DNA of 64,000 nt from Entomortierella parvispora E1425. Its lineage: Eukaryota > Fungi > Mortierellomycota. The translations under genes and the position numbers were made by a program. The notes under the pieces were generated by a model. The model saw nothing but the letters and a program-made list of their open reading frames with translations. It had not been told where the DNA came from and made no database searches. Shown here in pieces: positions 1 through 11,971 of the stretch. Position 1 is the first letter of the stretch, and each line of letters begins with the position of its first letter. The stretch lies in NCBI GenBank assembly GCA_020891255.1, contig BQFW01000004.1, positions 2,294,001 through 2,358,000 of the forward strand. The letters run 5' to 3'.

Positions 1-754
1 AGTGATCGGCCTTCCTCTTTTTTTCTGTAATGCTGTACCACCGCAGTTGAGCGCTCCTCACCACGCCTTTTCCGCCCCGTCTCGTCTCCCTCTCTCCCTG
101 TGCCCTGCTTGATTCCTGCGCCTCTCTTCACCCTTTTCCAAACCCATCTTTTTCATTGTGCATCGCCCAGCCCAGCTGGGGACAGCCTAGCAATAAAAAA
201 GGTACCGCGGGAGAGCAGTGGGGCGGGCTGATGAGATGGAGAAAAAGAAAGGTCAAGCTGTTTCGCAGCCCTTGATTCACTTTTGGTCCATCGCTCTTTT
301 GATCGACTCAATCCCCAGACGATAACCAATAATCAAGTCAATCAAGAACAAGGAACGATGCGCTGTCAGTCAGGGACCCTTGCAACAAGTTCGTCGCCCA
401 TTTCTCAAACTCTCCCTCGCTCCCATCTTTGGGCACATAAAAGAAAAAAAACTCCCATGGTGGGGTTGGTGACCGACCTTCAACTGGCTCATTGTTACAC
501 ATCGCACACTCAAACTTCTGCCTATCTATTGAGCTCCCCTTTCCTTCTCTCCTTCTCGAAAACTCACTTGTCTAGAAGCCGGAAAACGAAAGAAAACTCA
601 ATTACCGAGAGCAATATTGCCTTCTTTGAGAATTTTTTCCTTCTTGTCTTCTGCTTTGCTCGTCCATTACGAGCTGTCAGTAGGGGATAAGGATGTTACG
701 AGAAGGAAGAAGGAGAAAAAAAAGTAGGGTGGGTTGGAAATGCACTTGTCCTCT

Positions 755-2491
755 TCATTTGAGAAGGCACTCCCGAAAAAGATCAGCATTCGCGTCCAGG
801 GTGAGAAGCCGGAGCAGGCGTGGTAAGATCGGGTCCAGGTCGCGTCCTGACATCTGCCCCTTTATTTCGTGCATGTCTGCATGGGCACAGGCACACGATA
901 CACCCGCACCCACCACCCAAAAGAAAACAATTGCCATGCATGCAGCCCTCTTTTGCTTGTTTCTCATTATTGTTTGCATGAACGTCTGAGCGGGGCAACG
1001 GGAGAAGGGACTTGAGACCCAATGGGTGAGTAGATCCGAACCAACAATGAGCCAGATCCATGTCCAATTTCTCCTTCTTGCCGAGATCCAAGCTCATTTC
1101 AACTCCACGAGTCTTGCCCCTGACAACAGACACATTTAGCTCTCGTCCCTTTTCCTTTCCCAAGATCCAAAAACGAAAAATAAAAAAGATGGGTGCCACT
1201 GAATCAAAATCGGGGTTCATTGCCTCATTTTCTATTTACTGGGGATGAAAGAATCTTGCACGAGCAAACCAAATCGGCAGAGCAGTTGGAGTCAGAGACC
1301 GCCGATACACGCGTGTAGCGAACGGTACTCCTCCACAGATACCCTGAACAAATAAATGTTTGGCACAGTGGTGGCCATTCAATGACGAACTTATTCTCCC
1401 CATCCCCTTCGTAAGCACGTTGCAGCACAATGGACATAAGGTAACCCGTGCCCCAAAGGATGGTGTGGACACAAGAACACAAGGTCAGTAAAACTCGCCG
1501 AGAGAAAACGGGATCGGCGTTTGGAAAGAAGTCCATGAAAGTGACCAAAACAGCCAACAGGGACCACAGACAGAGAAAAAAAAGACTCAATGAACCAGCC
1601 TAATTTCTTTCCAGCGCCTCTCTCTCTCACTGTTGTTGTTACTGTACTTGGGTCTGCGGTCGATGGTAATGACCATAAAAGTTGGTTGTTGAGCCCACTT
1701 CCTTTCCGACTTTTTTCTTGGTTCCTTCTTTTCCTCGTCCCCCAATTCAAGGTCCCGTCGGTTCGGTGTGCCATTCTGAAGTTAAAAAAGAAAAAAACGT
1801 GGCACTGGGTGGGTACCTCTCGCTCTCATACAAAATCAACTTTAGGCAGCGCCCATATTTTCATAGTCTCCCGATTTGCCAATTCGTCATCAGCAGGTTT
1901 ATTTTCGAGACACCTGGCGGCTATGAGCTCATGTATCGCTGCTTGGGTAGAGGGAGAAAGGGAGTTACTGGATATATCTATATCCATCCAGATAGGAATA
2001 GCCGCTGCTATACCTACTGTGGTATCTCTAGAGAGGGCGTGTGTATGTGTGGGAACGGCAAGTCCAATGTTAGTCTAGATGGAGGTAGCCGGTCAGATCT
2101 GGTCAGCAGCTGTAAGCAACGAGAAACACAAACGCGTATTTTTGTTCCATCTTCGATGCAGCTGTGGCTCAATTGGGTCCAGGAGACTGTTTGGATGTCT
2201 CTTGTGGTTTTGCAGCTCAAACATCCCCTTGCCGCACGCGCTCAGTCACCTTCCGCGTGTGAGAATCTCTGGACTCGATCAACACCGGTCATAATCGTGG
2301 AATAAGGATATGATGCCTCGGTTGCATTGAACCCATTGACCCTCCTGTGAGCTTCCACAGAGGGTGTCCTCAGCGTCCATCCAAAAACAAAATGTCGGGC
2401 TCTAGTTGGGCTGGCTGTTCATGAAAAGTTGGTGGCAACTCTTTGGTGGCAAAAATTCTGTCCCTGACCCAAACACGCGGGCATCCCACAT
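755..2491 (-). CDS. Hypothetical multi-exon protein (~7-8 exons), family not recognised
   Basis: Open segments joined by short GT..AG introns: ATG 2491 MWDARVFG|ARHFVFGWTLRTPSVEAHRR...; ...IWALPKVDF|NGTPNRRDLE...; GICGGVPFATRV...; GKTRGVEMSLDLG...HCWFGSTHPLG|DMHEIKGQ...FRECLLK* (stop 755). Middle exon junctions are uncertain. Confidence 0.45.
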
Positions 2492-2606
2492 GATGCACGT
2501 CAACACGCTTTGGGGTTTCCCACCGTCTTTATTGCTTCTTTCAGAATAGATAGGTGAATATTTCAAAATCATACCCGTGAGATTCAAAGTTGACTTGGTT
2601 CCTTTT

Positions 2607-3544
2607 TCATTGTTTTGTGGTGGTGGGTGATGAATTGGTCGATGAGAACCCAGGGATATATCCTCGCAGCAGTGAAGATGCTGAATTAGGCGCAGATGAA
2701 GGTGCTGAAGATGGCGCAGATGACGGCGCCGATCCAATTGCTGACCGCCTTTGTCCTCCTCCCATGGTGGGTGGCGGTGCGGGTGTTTCTTGCCAAAGGC
2801 CATCGCGTTTCCATCCACTTACAAGAACCTTGATCTGCAAAAGTGAAAACAATAACACCAATTAATATCAATATTCCTAGAAGGAACAAGGGTGAAGGGT
2901 GCAGTCCTGGAGACTCTTAATTTTCCTGAATGAAATGGCGGTGGATTTTCAAAACAACATACCACCAGAGGCAAAGGAATGGGTTTGGAAAGCCGTTTAC
3001 GATCATAAACCAAACTGTCGTAGATGGCATCGTGGTTTCCTGGGTGAATAGCACTGAGTGCAGGATTGGCGCTATTGGCGCTTTGGACCGCATGCCATCG
3101 TCCTCCTGTCCATTGCTCGCGTGTTCGGTTCCAATGTTCAATGCCGGTTGTAGCCTCTGCTTGCACCGGTTTTGATCCGGATGCGCTTACTGGTCCTGCC
3201 AGTGCTGGTGCTGATGTTGTGGATGTTGAGGAGTTGACTAGATCTGAAGAGGAGTTCGTGCTGTTGGCGCCTATTACGCTGCTGTCACCACTCTGTAATG
3301 ACATTGAGGCGGTAGCATTGGCCAGATCGTGGGGGTTGGCGACCGTTGTTGGTGTTGTTGACGATGGCACGCCGTTCCCGGATTGGGCGAGCAGGCTGTT
3401 GAGATATTCTTGGTATTCTGGAGTGTTGTCCATGCCCGCCATGGTATCAAAAAAGGGGTCACCCGTCGCCCACTCTGGTTTCCTGGCCGAGGAAGGGGAT
3501 GCTGAAGCTATGACAGCATTCCCGCTCATGTTGGTCTGCTCCAT
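2607..3544 (-). CDS. Gag1-like clamp (DUF4050) protein, 2 exons (3544-2963, 2834-2607)
   Basis: Motifs GIEHWNRTREQW, IYDSLVYDRKRLSKPIPLPLV|IKVLVSGWKRDG match the DUF4050 pattern (W..R..W / Y..L...PIPL..V..LV.GWK.EG). GTATGT donor and TGCAG acceptor keep the frame. Confidence 0.85.
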
Positions 3545-3952
3545 GAATGAATGATCTTTGTCCGTTGTGAGAATAGACTTTTGTTTTTTTTTTTTCGTGA
3601 TTCACTTGTTGGTCTAAATGAATGTAATCGTTATGACGAGGGAGCGTAGCTTGGTTCGATTGTCTTTGTCGGATTCGAGTGCCGGTGTCGTCCTGGACTT
3701 GCAGGTGAATGAAAGTCCAATGGGCATGCGTTCATAAATGAGAAGGGGCAAAAAAAAAAAAAAAGAAAAGATTCGTCAAAAGCCACTGCTCTGTGGCACC
3801 AGAGTCACACGCCCCCTCCTCCGCTTGCTCTCCATACGCTTACGCTCTCCTCCTTTCCCTTCCTCTCGCCAGCAGGGACGCGAATCCATCAACGGCCGCA
3901 TTGCCTAGATCACCTTTTCATTACCGTGGCAACATCCAAGTCAGTCCAAGCA

Positions 3953-6601
3953 ATGCAGCGCATCCGTGAGGTTTGAGACCCGTGGCTAATGGGGAAATGC
4001 ACAGACGTGGACCATGTCAAATCCCGAATAAAATCGGTGGCAAAAATAAAATGAGACTAATTTCAATCCTCTGATGGACGCTGATATTTGCGCACAGGCA
4101 ATCCGCACCGGTGACGCTGCCCGCATTCTCGCGAGCATCCCAGATCCACGCTTGTACAGCAGCCAAGAGCCCTTGACGCACGTTATGATCGACACTGACG
4201 TCTGGGTATGACCACTTCGCTCGTCAGAGGAAGGATATAATAGGGATAGCAGCCGGCTCTGACATCATGTTGATCTAACTATCTAACTGGATTTATTTAT
4301 ACTCATATTTCTTCATTATTCCATTATTCATCTGCAGCCTCTGCTAGTTTCCCAACAGGACCCTTTCGTCCAGTATGCAGTTTTTCGATTGCTTTCAGCC
4401 GTTCTGGTCGACTCTCTCAGCTATAAAAAGGCCGATCTCTCGCCTGTTGTTCCTGCACAAATATGTGCTCTTGTCCATTTTCTGTTCAAGCGACTTCTGA
4501 TCAGTCCTACAGAACCTTCTCTTCCTCCTTCACAACAAGAACATAGCCATCAACCTCAATATCGACATCCAAATGAGATACCCCCTTCCATCCAAGAACA
4601 GAGATCCATCCTCCATGTGCTGCACAGTGTGATGAAACACTATCGACAAGAGTCGGTTGCCTCTACCTCTGACTCTTCATTCACTGATACACAGCATCAT
4701 TATCACCCATGTCTCGACATCGTGAAGGTGCTCTCATCGGGTTCAGACTTTTGGACCGGGCCGTTTGGTCGTCTTTTGCGGTCGCACACGACCCAGTACG
4801 AGCTCTTGACCCTGCTCATCGACCTTGAAAAGGCCCGATGGTCTATTGACCGTGACCGACTGCCAAGCCTCGCTGTTGACATTGAAAAGTGCCATCAGGC
4901 TATCGTGAGCCAACTTTGTCAGGTACCGCACCACTCCTCAGCTACAAATAATGTTTACCCATCTCTCCCCCAGAATATTTGTCAATCGATATGCTCCGCC
5001 TTCACCACTCCCACTCTCACTCCCCCCCAACATACTTACTCTTTCCTATCACCTTCCTCTCTTTTTTTTTCCATCTCTTTTCTTGCAATATACCCTTCCT
5101 CAACTCGCCTCAATAGTTGCAAGATACCACACTCTATGAACCCCATTGTCTTCGCAAACTCTTCGAGTTGATCGGTCGAACGATTCGTCGCACTCCTTCT
5201 CAACAACATACGCACGACAGCGAGACTGTGGTCCAAGTCCTCGTTTCCCTTGCTCCCCTGGCCAAGGACGTTGTGCTATGGTTCCAAGAAAACGACCCAA
5301 ATCTTGTCCGGTTTTCGTCCGAACGGTCTACCACCTTTATTCTCTCTGCCTCAAAGGAGGACACTGTTTTGAAGACTGCAAGTCCTGTTCTTTTGCCCTT
5401 GGTCTCCAACCCAGAGGTTCTTCGTCAACTGGGTCGAGTTTTCTTGTCTGGTACGTTGTGCATCCTTGAAGGGTGGGTAACGGCCTTGTCAAGCAGCTGC
5501 GGAGCCAAGTCTTTCGAGAGCGTTCTACCGGGAGCCAACACCACTGACAATAACAACGGCGGTGGTGGCACCTGTCGTCCCGCTTCCTGCGGGAACAACG
5601 GCGGACAAAATACAGTCGGACAAAATCTTTTGCTCCTGAAAGAGACTTTATTTAGTTGGGCCATGAGGGAGGTCCTGGGGCCTCGAACGATCGAGGTTCT
5701 CCTGAGGATCTACGGTGAGGACGATGCAGACCTGTCCTGGATGATCCGAACCCTGTCTCTGATCCAGCAGCGGACCCAAGACCTGTTGCTGCTGTCGCCG
5801 CCCTTGTCAACAGCAACAGCAGTACCAGCCACAACGAGAACGACGGCAGCAGTCCAAACAACAGCGACAACAATAGTTGCTGCAGCTGCCACTGCCACTG
5901 CGGTGTCCTCCTCCTCCTCCTCCTCAACCACCCCCTCTTTCCTTTCTTCTACATCTTCTCTCGCTTCTCCCACCCCTTCTATTCCTACTTTTACTTCTTC
6001 GACTCCCACTTCTTCCACTCCCACTCCTTCATCCACTATCACTTCTTCATCCACCATCACTTCTTCTCTTCCAACCACCTGTCTTTCCCCTGCCTCCAAG
6101 CAGACCTTGGAAGAGGTCTACAACTATCTCCACCTCTATACCCAACCTTTCGAGACTCTAATCGAGTTCTTGAACACTATCGGATACGATGACCAAACAC
6201 TCCTTGACCTCTTGCTCGTCTTGGACGATTCCGAATCCACAGGTATGCTCGGTGCCTTGATGACTGTCCTTCGGTCTTTTACCGAGAACACTCAAGACCA
6301 AGCACTTCTTACGCAGCGTTGGCAACAAGAGCTTTCGGTAGAAACCTACCAGAAAGAAGAAAAGGAAGAGGAAGAGGAGAAAGACGAGGACGAAGAAGAA
6401 GGGGTAGAGGAGGATGGAGAGGAGGTGACGACGACGGCTCGACGTGAGCAGTTGTTGAACACTGAGTATTGTTTTCGCCGACTCGCCACCCAGATTCGGG
6501 TCTTGCACCAGAAGCATCTTTTCCCATATAATCCACACACCCTTCTAGTCGTCTTGGATAGGACCGTGGATGTACTTTCTACGATCCTGTCCTTGGAGTG
6601 A
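3953..6601 (+). CDS. Protein Lines homologue (LINES_C domain), 4 exons (3953-3970, 4098-4206, 4338-4922, 5117-6601)
   Basis: C-terminal FETLIEFLNTIGYDDQTLLDLLL...FRRLATQIRVLHQKHLFPYNPHTLLVVL resembles the Lines C-terminal signature (FL..IGFD..VLLD.L ... RL..K.LFPYN..PLL..L). Exons join in frame at GT..AG sites. Confidence 0.75.
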
Positions 6602-7280
6602 ACGAAAGAAGAAGAAGAAGAAGGCAAACGATAAACAAAACAAAAAACAATGAGACACACCACATCATCCCACACAAGCAAAAACAAAAAAAAACAAAAA
6701 AAAATCCACTCCGCTCTTGCACCTTCTCTTAATGACCATCGCATGGTCGATGTCAAATCGATTCTAGCCCTCTTTTCATGTGCAGTACCAGTGCACCTCA
6801 CTTGTGAAGTGTATGTATGAGAGAGAAAACGAAAGTGGGGGGGGGGGGGGATATTTTTTTCTATTCATTTTTTTTTTTTTTTTTTGCTCGTTGTCTGTCA
6901 GTGACACGCGCATGTGAGAAAATACAAAAGTGTATGGACAAGGTAAGGGGTGAGGGAGATGTGCAGTAGGGAGCTCTTCGAAGGGAAGGGGGATGGGAAA
7001 ACGAGAGCGAGAATGAGAGCGAGAACAAACAAATAATATTTTTTTAGGAACGCCGTCTCGGATCTGGGAGAGGGGGCGAGAGGAAGAAGGCAAAGGAAAA
7101 TTGATGGAGCAACAACAGGAGGGAATATTATTACATTTGGATGAAGATAAAAGGACAGAAGAGAAGAAGGTAAGAGGAGGAGGAGGGAGGGAGGGAGGAA
7201 GTGGGCAGCCTTGTTTTTCGGGGCGCGTTCATCCTGTCCAGGCGACTTGACGTCTGCCTTGTCATCCTTCTCTTGCCGTG

Positions 7281-9960
7281 TCATGTAGCTTGATCTCCAT
7301 GCTCTAGACGATCTCCCTCCCCATCCGCCTCCGTCTCATCCTCATCGTGTCTAGATCGATCTTCGTAGTCTTGGGGATCTTCCCCGGCCTTGTACTCTTC
7401 GCCAGAGAGAGTCTCTCTTCCCCGCTTCTTTGAAACGGGGGCAGACGACGAAGATGAAGAAGGTTCGCCCACCGCTGTAGATGGTTTGGTATCACCCTTC
7501 GTTGTTGTATCCGCATCTTGTAACAGGGCTTTGCTCTTTGCTGCCAACGCCGCTTTGCTCCTTGACATCTTGCCCCAAACTAATTATCAGGTACAGACAG
7601 GAACGGTGTGCAGAAGAGTAAGAATCAGCCATCAGGAAAAAAAAAAGAAAGGAAGAAAAAGAAAATGAAAAGAAAGAGTGACAATCGGTCCCTCTCGTCT
7701 TCGAACTTACTCAAACCACACGCATTGCAGAGGGTACGAGGACCTAATAGAAGCCAGAGAGCAATACAAAAAGAAGACAGAATGTAAGCTTTCTCTCATC
7801 CAATCCAAAAAAGTTATCTTGGCCACAGTAGAATGGTCATTGGATGCAATGACCCTACCCAATGGTCCCTTTCTCCACTCTGGTGTCTTGAAAATGTTGC
7901 ACGAAGTACACCGTAGTTGGTGCGGGTTATGAGCCTAGACAGTTGAAAACAACAACAATATGCACACGACCAGTCAATTCACGAGGCCCAGATCTCGATC
8001 TCCCTTATCTCCGACAAATCGGGCAAGAAAAATCTCGATCTTGATTGAACGTTGTGTGTCGGCAGGTTTGAACACAAAAAAACCAAACGGGTTTTGTCCC
8101 CTTACCGCATCGTCCTCTGGTAGATCGTTAGGGTCTTGATCCACTCGACACCCCTAAAAGTTTCCATAACAAAAAAAAAAAAAAAAAAAAAAAAAAAGAT
8201 CGGGCATGGGTAGGTGAGTATCGCTGCCTTCTCGATCAGACTCCATCTTGCCTCTTCTGTGCCATCGTCAAGTCTGTCATGATTGTTACCATAAAGACCT
8301 TGCTCAAAATCTCTGCATTGTACAATAACCGGTCTGTCGTCCCTACTTTGCCCTTGAGTAAACAATCTCGGACCTCACTTGCGTATTCAAAGATCTACCG
8401 CCCGATCGTACATTCCAAATGCAGAATTTATAATTAATTTCCGAAAAAGAAAAAAAACACAAACATTGACTGTCCACCTATCCTTTTATCCATTATCCTC
8501 ATCATTACCAGTTTGTAGTTGACGCGATTCAGTTCGTATTGTGGTCCTCGATGTTGGAATGTCCCACGGAAAGGGGACGATCCATCCGCCATGCCGCCAC
8601 TGCTGTACATGAGCTGGGTCGACTGGGTCGGCAAGGAGGATGAATGCAAAGGGGTAGGTCCATCTAGATCGTCTTCAGGGAAGTGCGAGGTTTGCGGCCG
8701 CCCCCGTGGTTTTGGAATATCAATGGCTGGGGAAGGGGCGTAAGATTGTTTAAACTCTGATGAAGACGGTTCCCATGACTCTGTTGCCCGCCGGCCAGTC
8801 GGTGGCATGGGCGTGCGAAAGTCAGAATAAGGAGGGGCCATAGATCGCGGATCGTCATACCGCCGCTGATCTACCGTTCGGTATTCGCCTGGGCTTTCGC
8901 GATAGTCATGGGAGGGAGGATAGTGAGCAGGGACCTCCGTTCGTCGAGAGCCTAGGTGTGATCCACCTTGGCCAGGGTCCGACACAAGGCGCTGGACCAG
9001 GGGTGGAAGCTGCATGACATGGTCGCTCTGGGCTCTATTGGGTGGATCGTGCGCGCTTCTGTGGCTCTCTGGATGATACGCGATCCGTGTTGGAGAGGAT
9101 GACCGTCGGTGTACTGGAGGAGGTGCCATCCTTGGTGATCGTTGACCTGGTCTTGCATGTGGACTATCAAAGTCGCGTCGATCCATTTGATCCCGGGGAC
9201 CTCTATAGTCTCGGGAATTCTGGTAGTCCATTGTATCTCGTGGATCAGATGGGTGTCCACTGTCGTGGTAAGGATGGTACTGTCGATCGCGAGGAGCTCG
9301 GTACGAAGAGTGATCAAGAGATCGTCTTGGCAACGAGAAGTGCGCGGCAGGATCCGATGGCGACAGGTGAGGTGGCCGCTCATGAGGATACGATGGATGC
9401 TGGTAATGGCCATGGGGTGAAGCATGATGCTGGTCTATAGAGTCTCCACCTTGGATCCTGTGATCTCGCTCGTCTTCCTCCGGAGCCATGTACGGCTGCG
9501 CGAGTAACGCTCGATGACCTCTGTAGGCGTTGAAAATAAGACTGGTGCCGGGACTGAAGTTTTGGACGGAGGAGGGTGCAGGTCCATATTGCAGGTTCGG
9601 CAGCACTCTCGGCAGCCGCCTTTGAGTTTCATGTTCGACCGTGTTGCCGTGTCCGGTCCCAATAACCTCCAGTTCCTCCTCGTCCTCCTCACCTTCGGGG
9701 CGGTACGAGTGAAGAGTGAGTGCGGGGCGATTATTCCTGGAGCTGATCTCGTCCGGATGTGCAGACTGTGTCTGAGCATTGTCCATGCGGTAGTATTCCA
9801 TGTCCTGTAGGTGGTGATGATGTAAATGGCGCGAATGCTGTTGCTGTGAAGGGTGCTGTAGCGGTCTGTCCCTCGGCGGCTGCGTTGGATGGTTGTTGGT
9901 GGTGTTGTCGTTGGGGAGACCACGTTCTGAGGAGGACATTGTGGTCGTCAACGCAGACAT
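7281..9960 (-). CDS. GATA-type zinc-finger transcription factor, ~6 exons
   Basis: Spliced finger CTSCNIFKTPEWRKGPLG|PRTLCNACGL|IWGK (C-x2-C-x18-C-x2-C) at ~7915-7570, preceded by IFEYASEVRDCLLKGK...KVFM|GCRVDQD and a long disordered exon (8434..9960 ORF). Confidence 0.92.
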
Positions 9961-11490
9961 GCACGCGGGCCCGATGACCCAACAATTGAATCTGACGAAC
10001 TATGTTCCTTCCCAGAGTCGCACTTCTTGTGAATGCGAAAGATGCAGCAAATGCACCTGATCTGGGACAGTAGGCAAAATCCAGCCTAGTGCCCGAGGTT
10101 GTGTAAAATGTTGTCAAGCGCGCTAACGGCAGTGGCGGGAGCGAATTGGGCGAAGAGAGAGCGAAGGGAGCAGTGAGCACAAGCGAATGGGCAAGAAAAG
10201 GAGATGAAGAAAGAGAGAAGAGACGGTGAAGCCAGAGAGAAAGACAGAGAGAGAGTGGAGAGAAGAATGAAGAATGGTATGAGTCGTTCGGTGGACTGAA
10301 CAGATAAATGAAATGAAAAATGAAAAAAGAAAGGAATGAATGAACAACGGAATGGACAAAGTGAATTGAGTTGGATGGACAAGAGAAGAATAGGTAGGAG
10401 CAAAGAATGAAAGAACTTTGAACATGATACATGAACAGGACAAGTAGTCAAGTACCACAAGAACACTGGGTCAAACACACTGCAACTCAACTCTACCTCA
10501 GCACCCAAGATGTGTCAATCTCTCGTTGTTCTCCAACTGGAAAGTTGTATTCTATCCGACTATCTTTCACCAGCGTGTGCTTGCTGCGATGTTTGTTGAC
10601 AGTGGGTTTTGCTTGACAACTGAAACGGACGATCATCCAGGGTGGTTTTTTTTTTTCTTCAGCAGGTGCAGCGGGAGGAGGAGGACGAACAACAACAACA
10701 ACACAAGGCGGCAGGTGCAGAGGAAGAAAAGTAAGCAAAGACAAGAGGCATTAAAACGAGAAAGGAAGGGAAAGAAAGGGGGCCGTCATGAAGGTGCATC
10801 GAGGGCCACAAAGGGACAGTGCTCTTGCTCTCGATTTTGCTCTGTCGAGCAATGTGCATCATCGATAACTTTGGAAGATTGTCGCCGGCCAGGGCGATGT
10901 CCCGCTCACCCAGTCCTGACGCCCCGAATTTCCCTGTGTTTGTTGCAGGTCTAAACACAAATCCTCATCTACGTCCCTACCCCTTCGCAATTACTCTTCT
11001 CCTCCCCTGTCGCGTCGTGAAGGCGTGCACAAGTCCAACCCACCCTCAAGCCGCATTCCTCCCTCGCTCTCCCTCCCGTCTGTCTCCTCTACTTTTCTAC
11101 AGTAAATCAAAAAAGAAAAGGAAAAATCGGTTGCTTTCTGCCTTGGGCCGCACAAACCTTTTTCCCTCGCGATTCAAAGGAGTCTTGAAAAAAAAATCGT
11201 ATTTTGGCTGGATAACATCATCGCTCGCCAGGTCCGGATGACGCGCACCCTTCTCTTTGCCACCATCGCTGTCAATGCGTTCACCCAAGGTTGCTGAGGG
11301 CACGCCTCTCACGCTCAGCTCGCTTTTTCACCAGAGTGCCTTCACCAGTGTTTACCTTTTTTTTGCTTCCATGAGTATGTAGATTAGGTCAGCCCTTTGT
11401 TTCCTCTTTATTGCGGGCAGGGCAAGGCGCGTGGACGTGAAACTGAAGAGCTAAAACGGAGCAGGTGGAGTTCACTTTCGAAGACGATGA

Positions 11491-11948
11491 ATGACATACC
11501 ACAAGGGGAAAGATCTTGTGTAAGCTTTTCCAACTCTTTTCTCTCCCTCCATGTCCACGTCCACCGCCCACCAAGCCTGCGTGTTCTACACCTCCTTTAC
11601 CACGGGGTTGCCTTCCTTTAGTGTCAGTCCAGCATTCCGTACAAAGTCTCTTGAACAACAAAGACTTCCCGCACTCTCAGCTCGAGTACTACAAGGGTCT
11701 TGCCTTTCTTGGCTACAATTGTTACCTGAAGTGGACGGTGCTAAAGTCATCCTTTTGACAGCACAGCGAGCCATTGGCGTTAAGGACGTCATAGCATCTA
11801 CTTTTATGTATGAGACTTGGATCCAGTCTAACCGCCATTACTTTTGCCGTCCATGTCCGTAGTCCAATTGTTGATGTTGAGAGGGGGGTTTAATTGATAC
11901 AAAAATATGACATGTCTTCTATGCTCGTGTGGATTTTTCTACAGGTAA
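11491..11948 (+). CDS. Possible small spliced ORF (~72 aa), function unknown
   Basis: ATG 11491, GTAAGC donor 11520, TAG acceptor 11621, GTATGA donor 11808, CAG acceptor 11944, then stop. A competing frame (HSVQSLLNNKDFPHSQLEYYKGLAFLGYNCYLKW) is also open, so the model is ambiguous. Confidence 0.3.
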
Positions 11949-11971
11949 GTACTGAAAAAGGCACATCCATC

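Noticed and set aside
1682-2305. 207-aa Cys/Tyr-rich plus-strand ORF that looked transposase-like
   Set aside because: No DDE, RT or terminal-repeat evidence, and it is antisense to the spliced minus-strand gene model.
3630-3700. GGAGCGTAGCTTGGTTCGATT, tRNA A/B-box-like
   Set aside because: The boxes abut each other; no cloverleaf or acceptor stem can be formed.
9731-11312. Overlapping ORFs of 100-230 aa upstream of the GATA gene
   Set aside because: Low-complexity F/L/S-rich translations of CT/GA-rich leader and promoter DNA, with no domain motifs.
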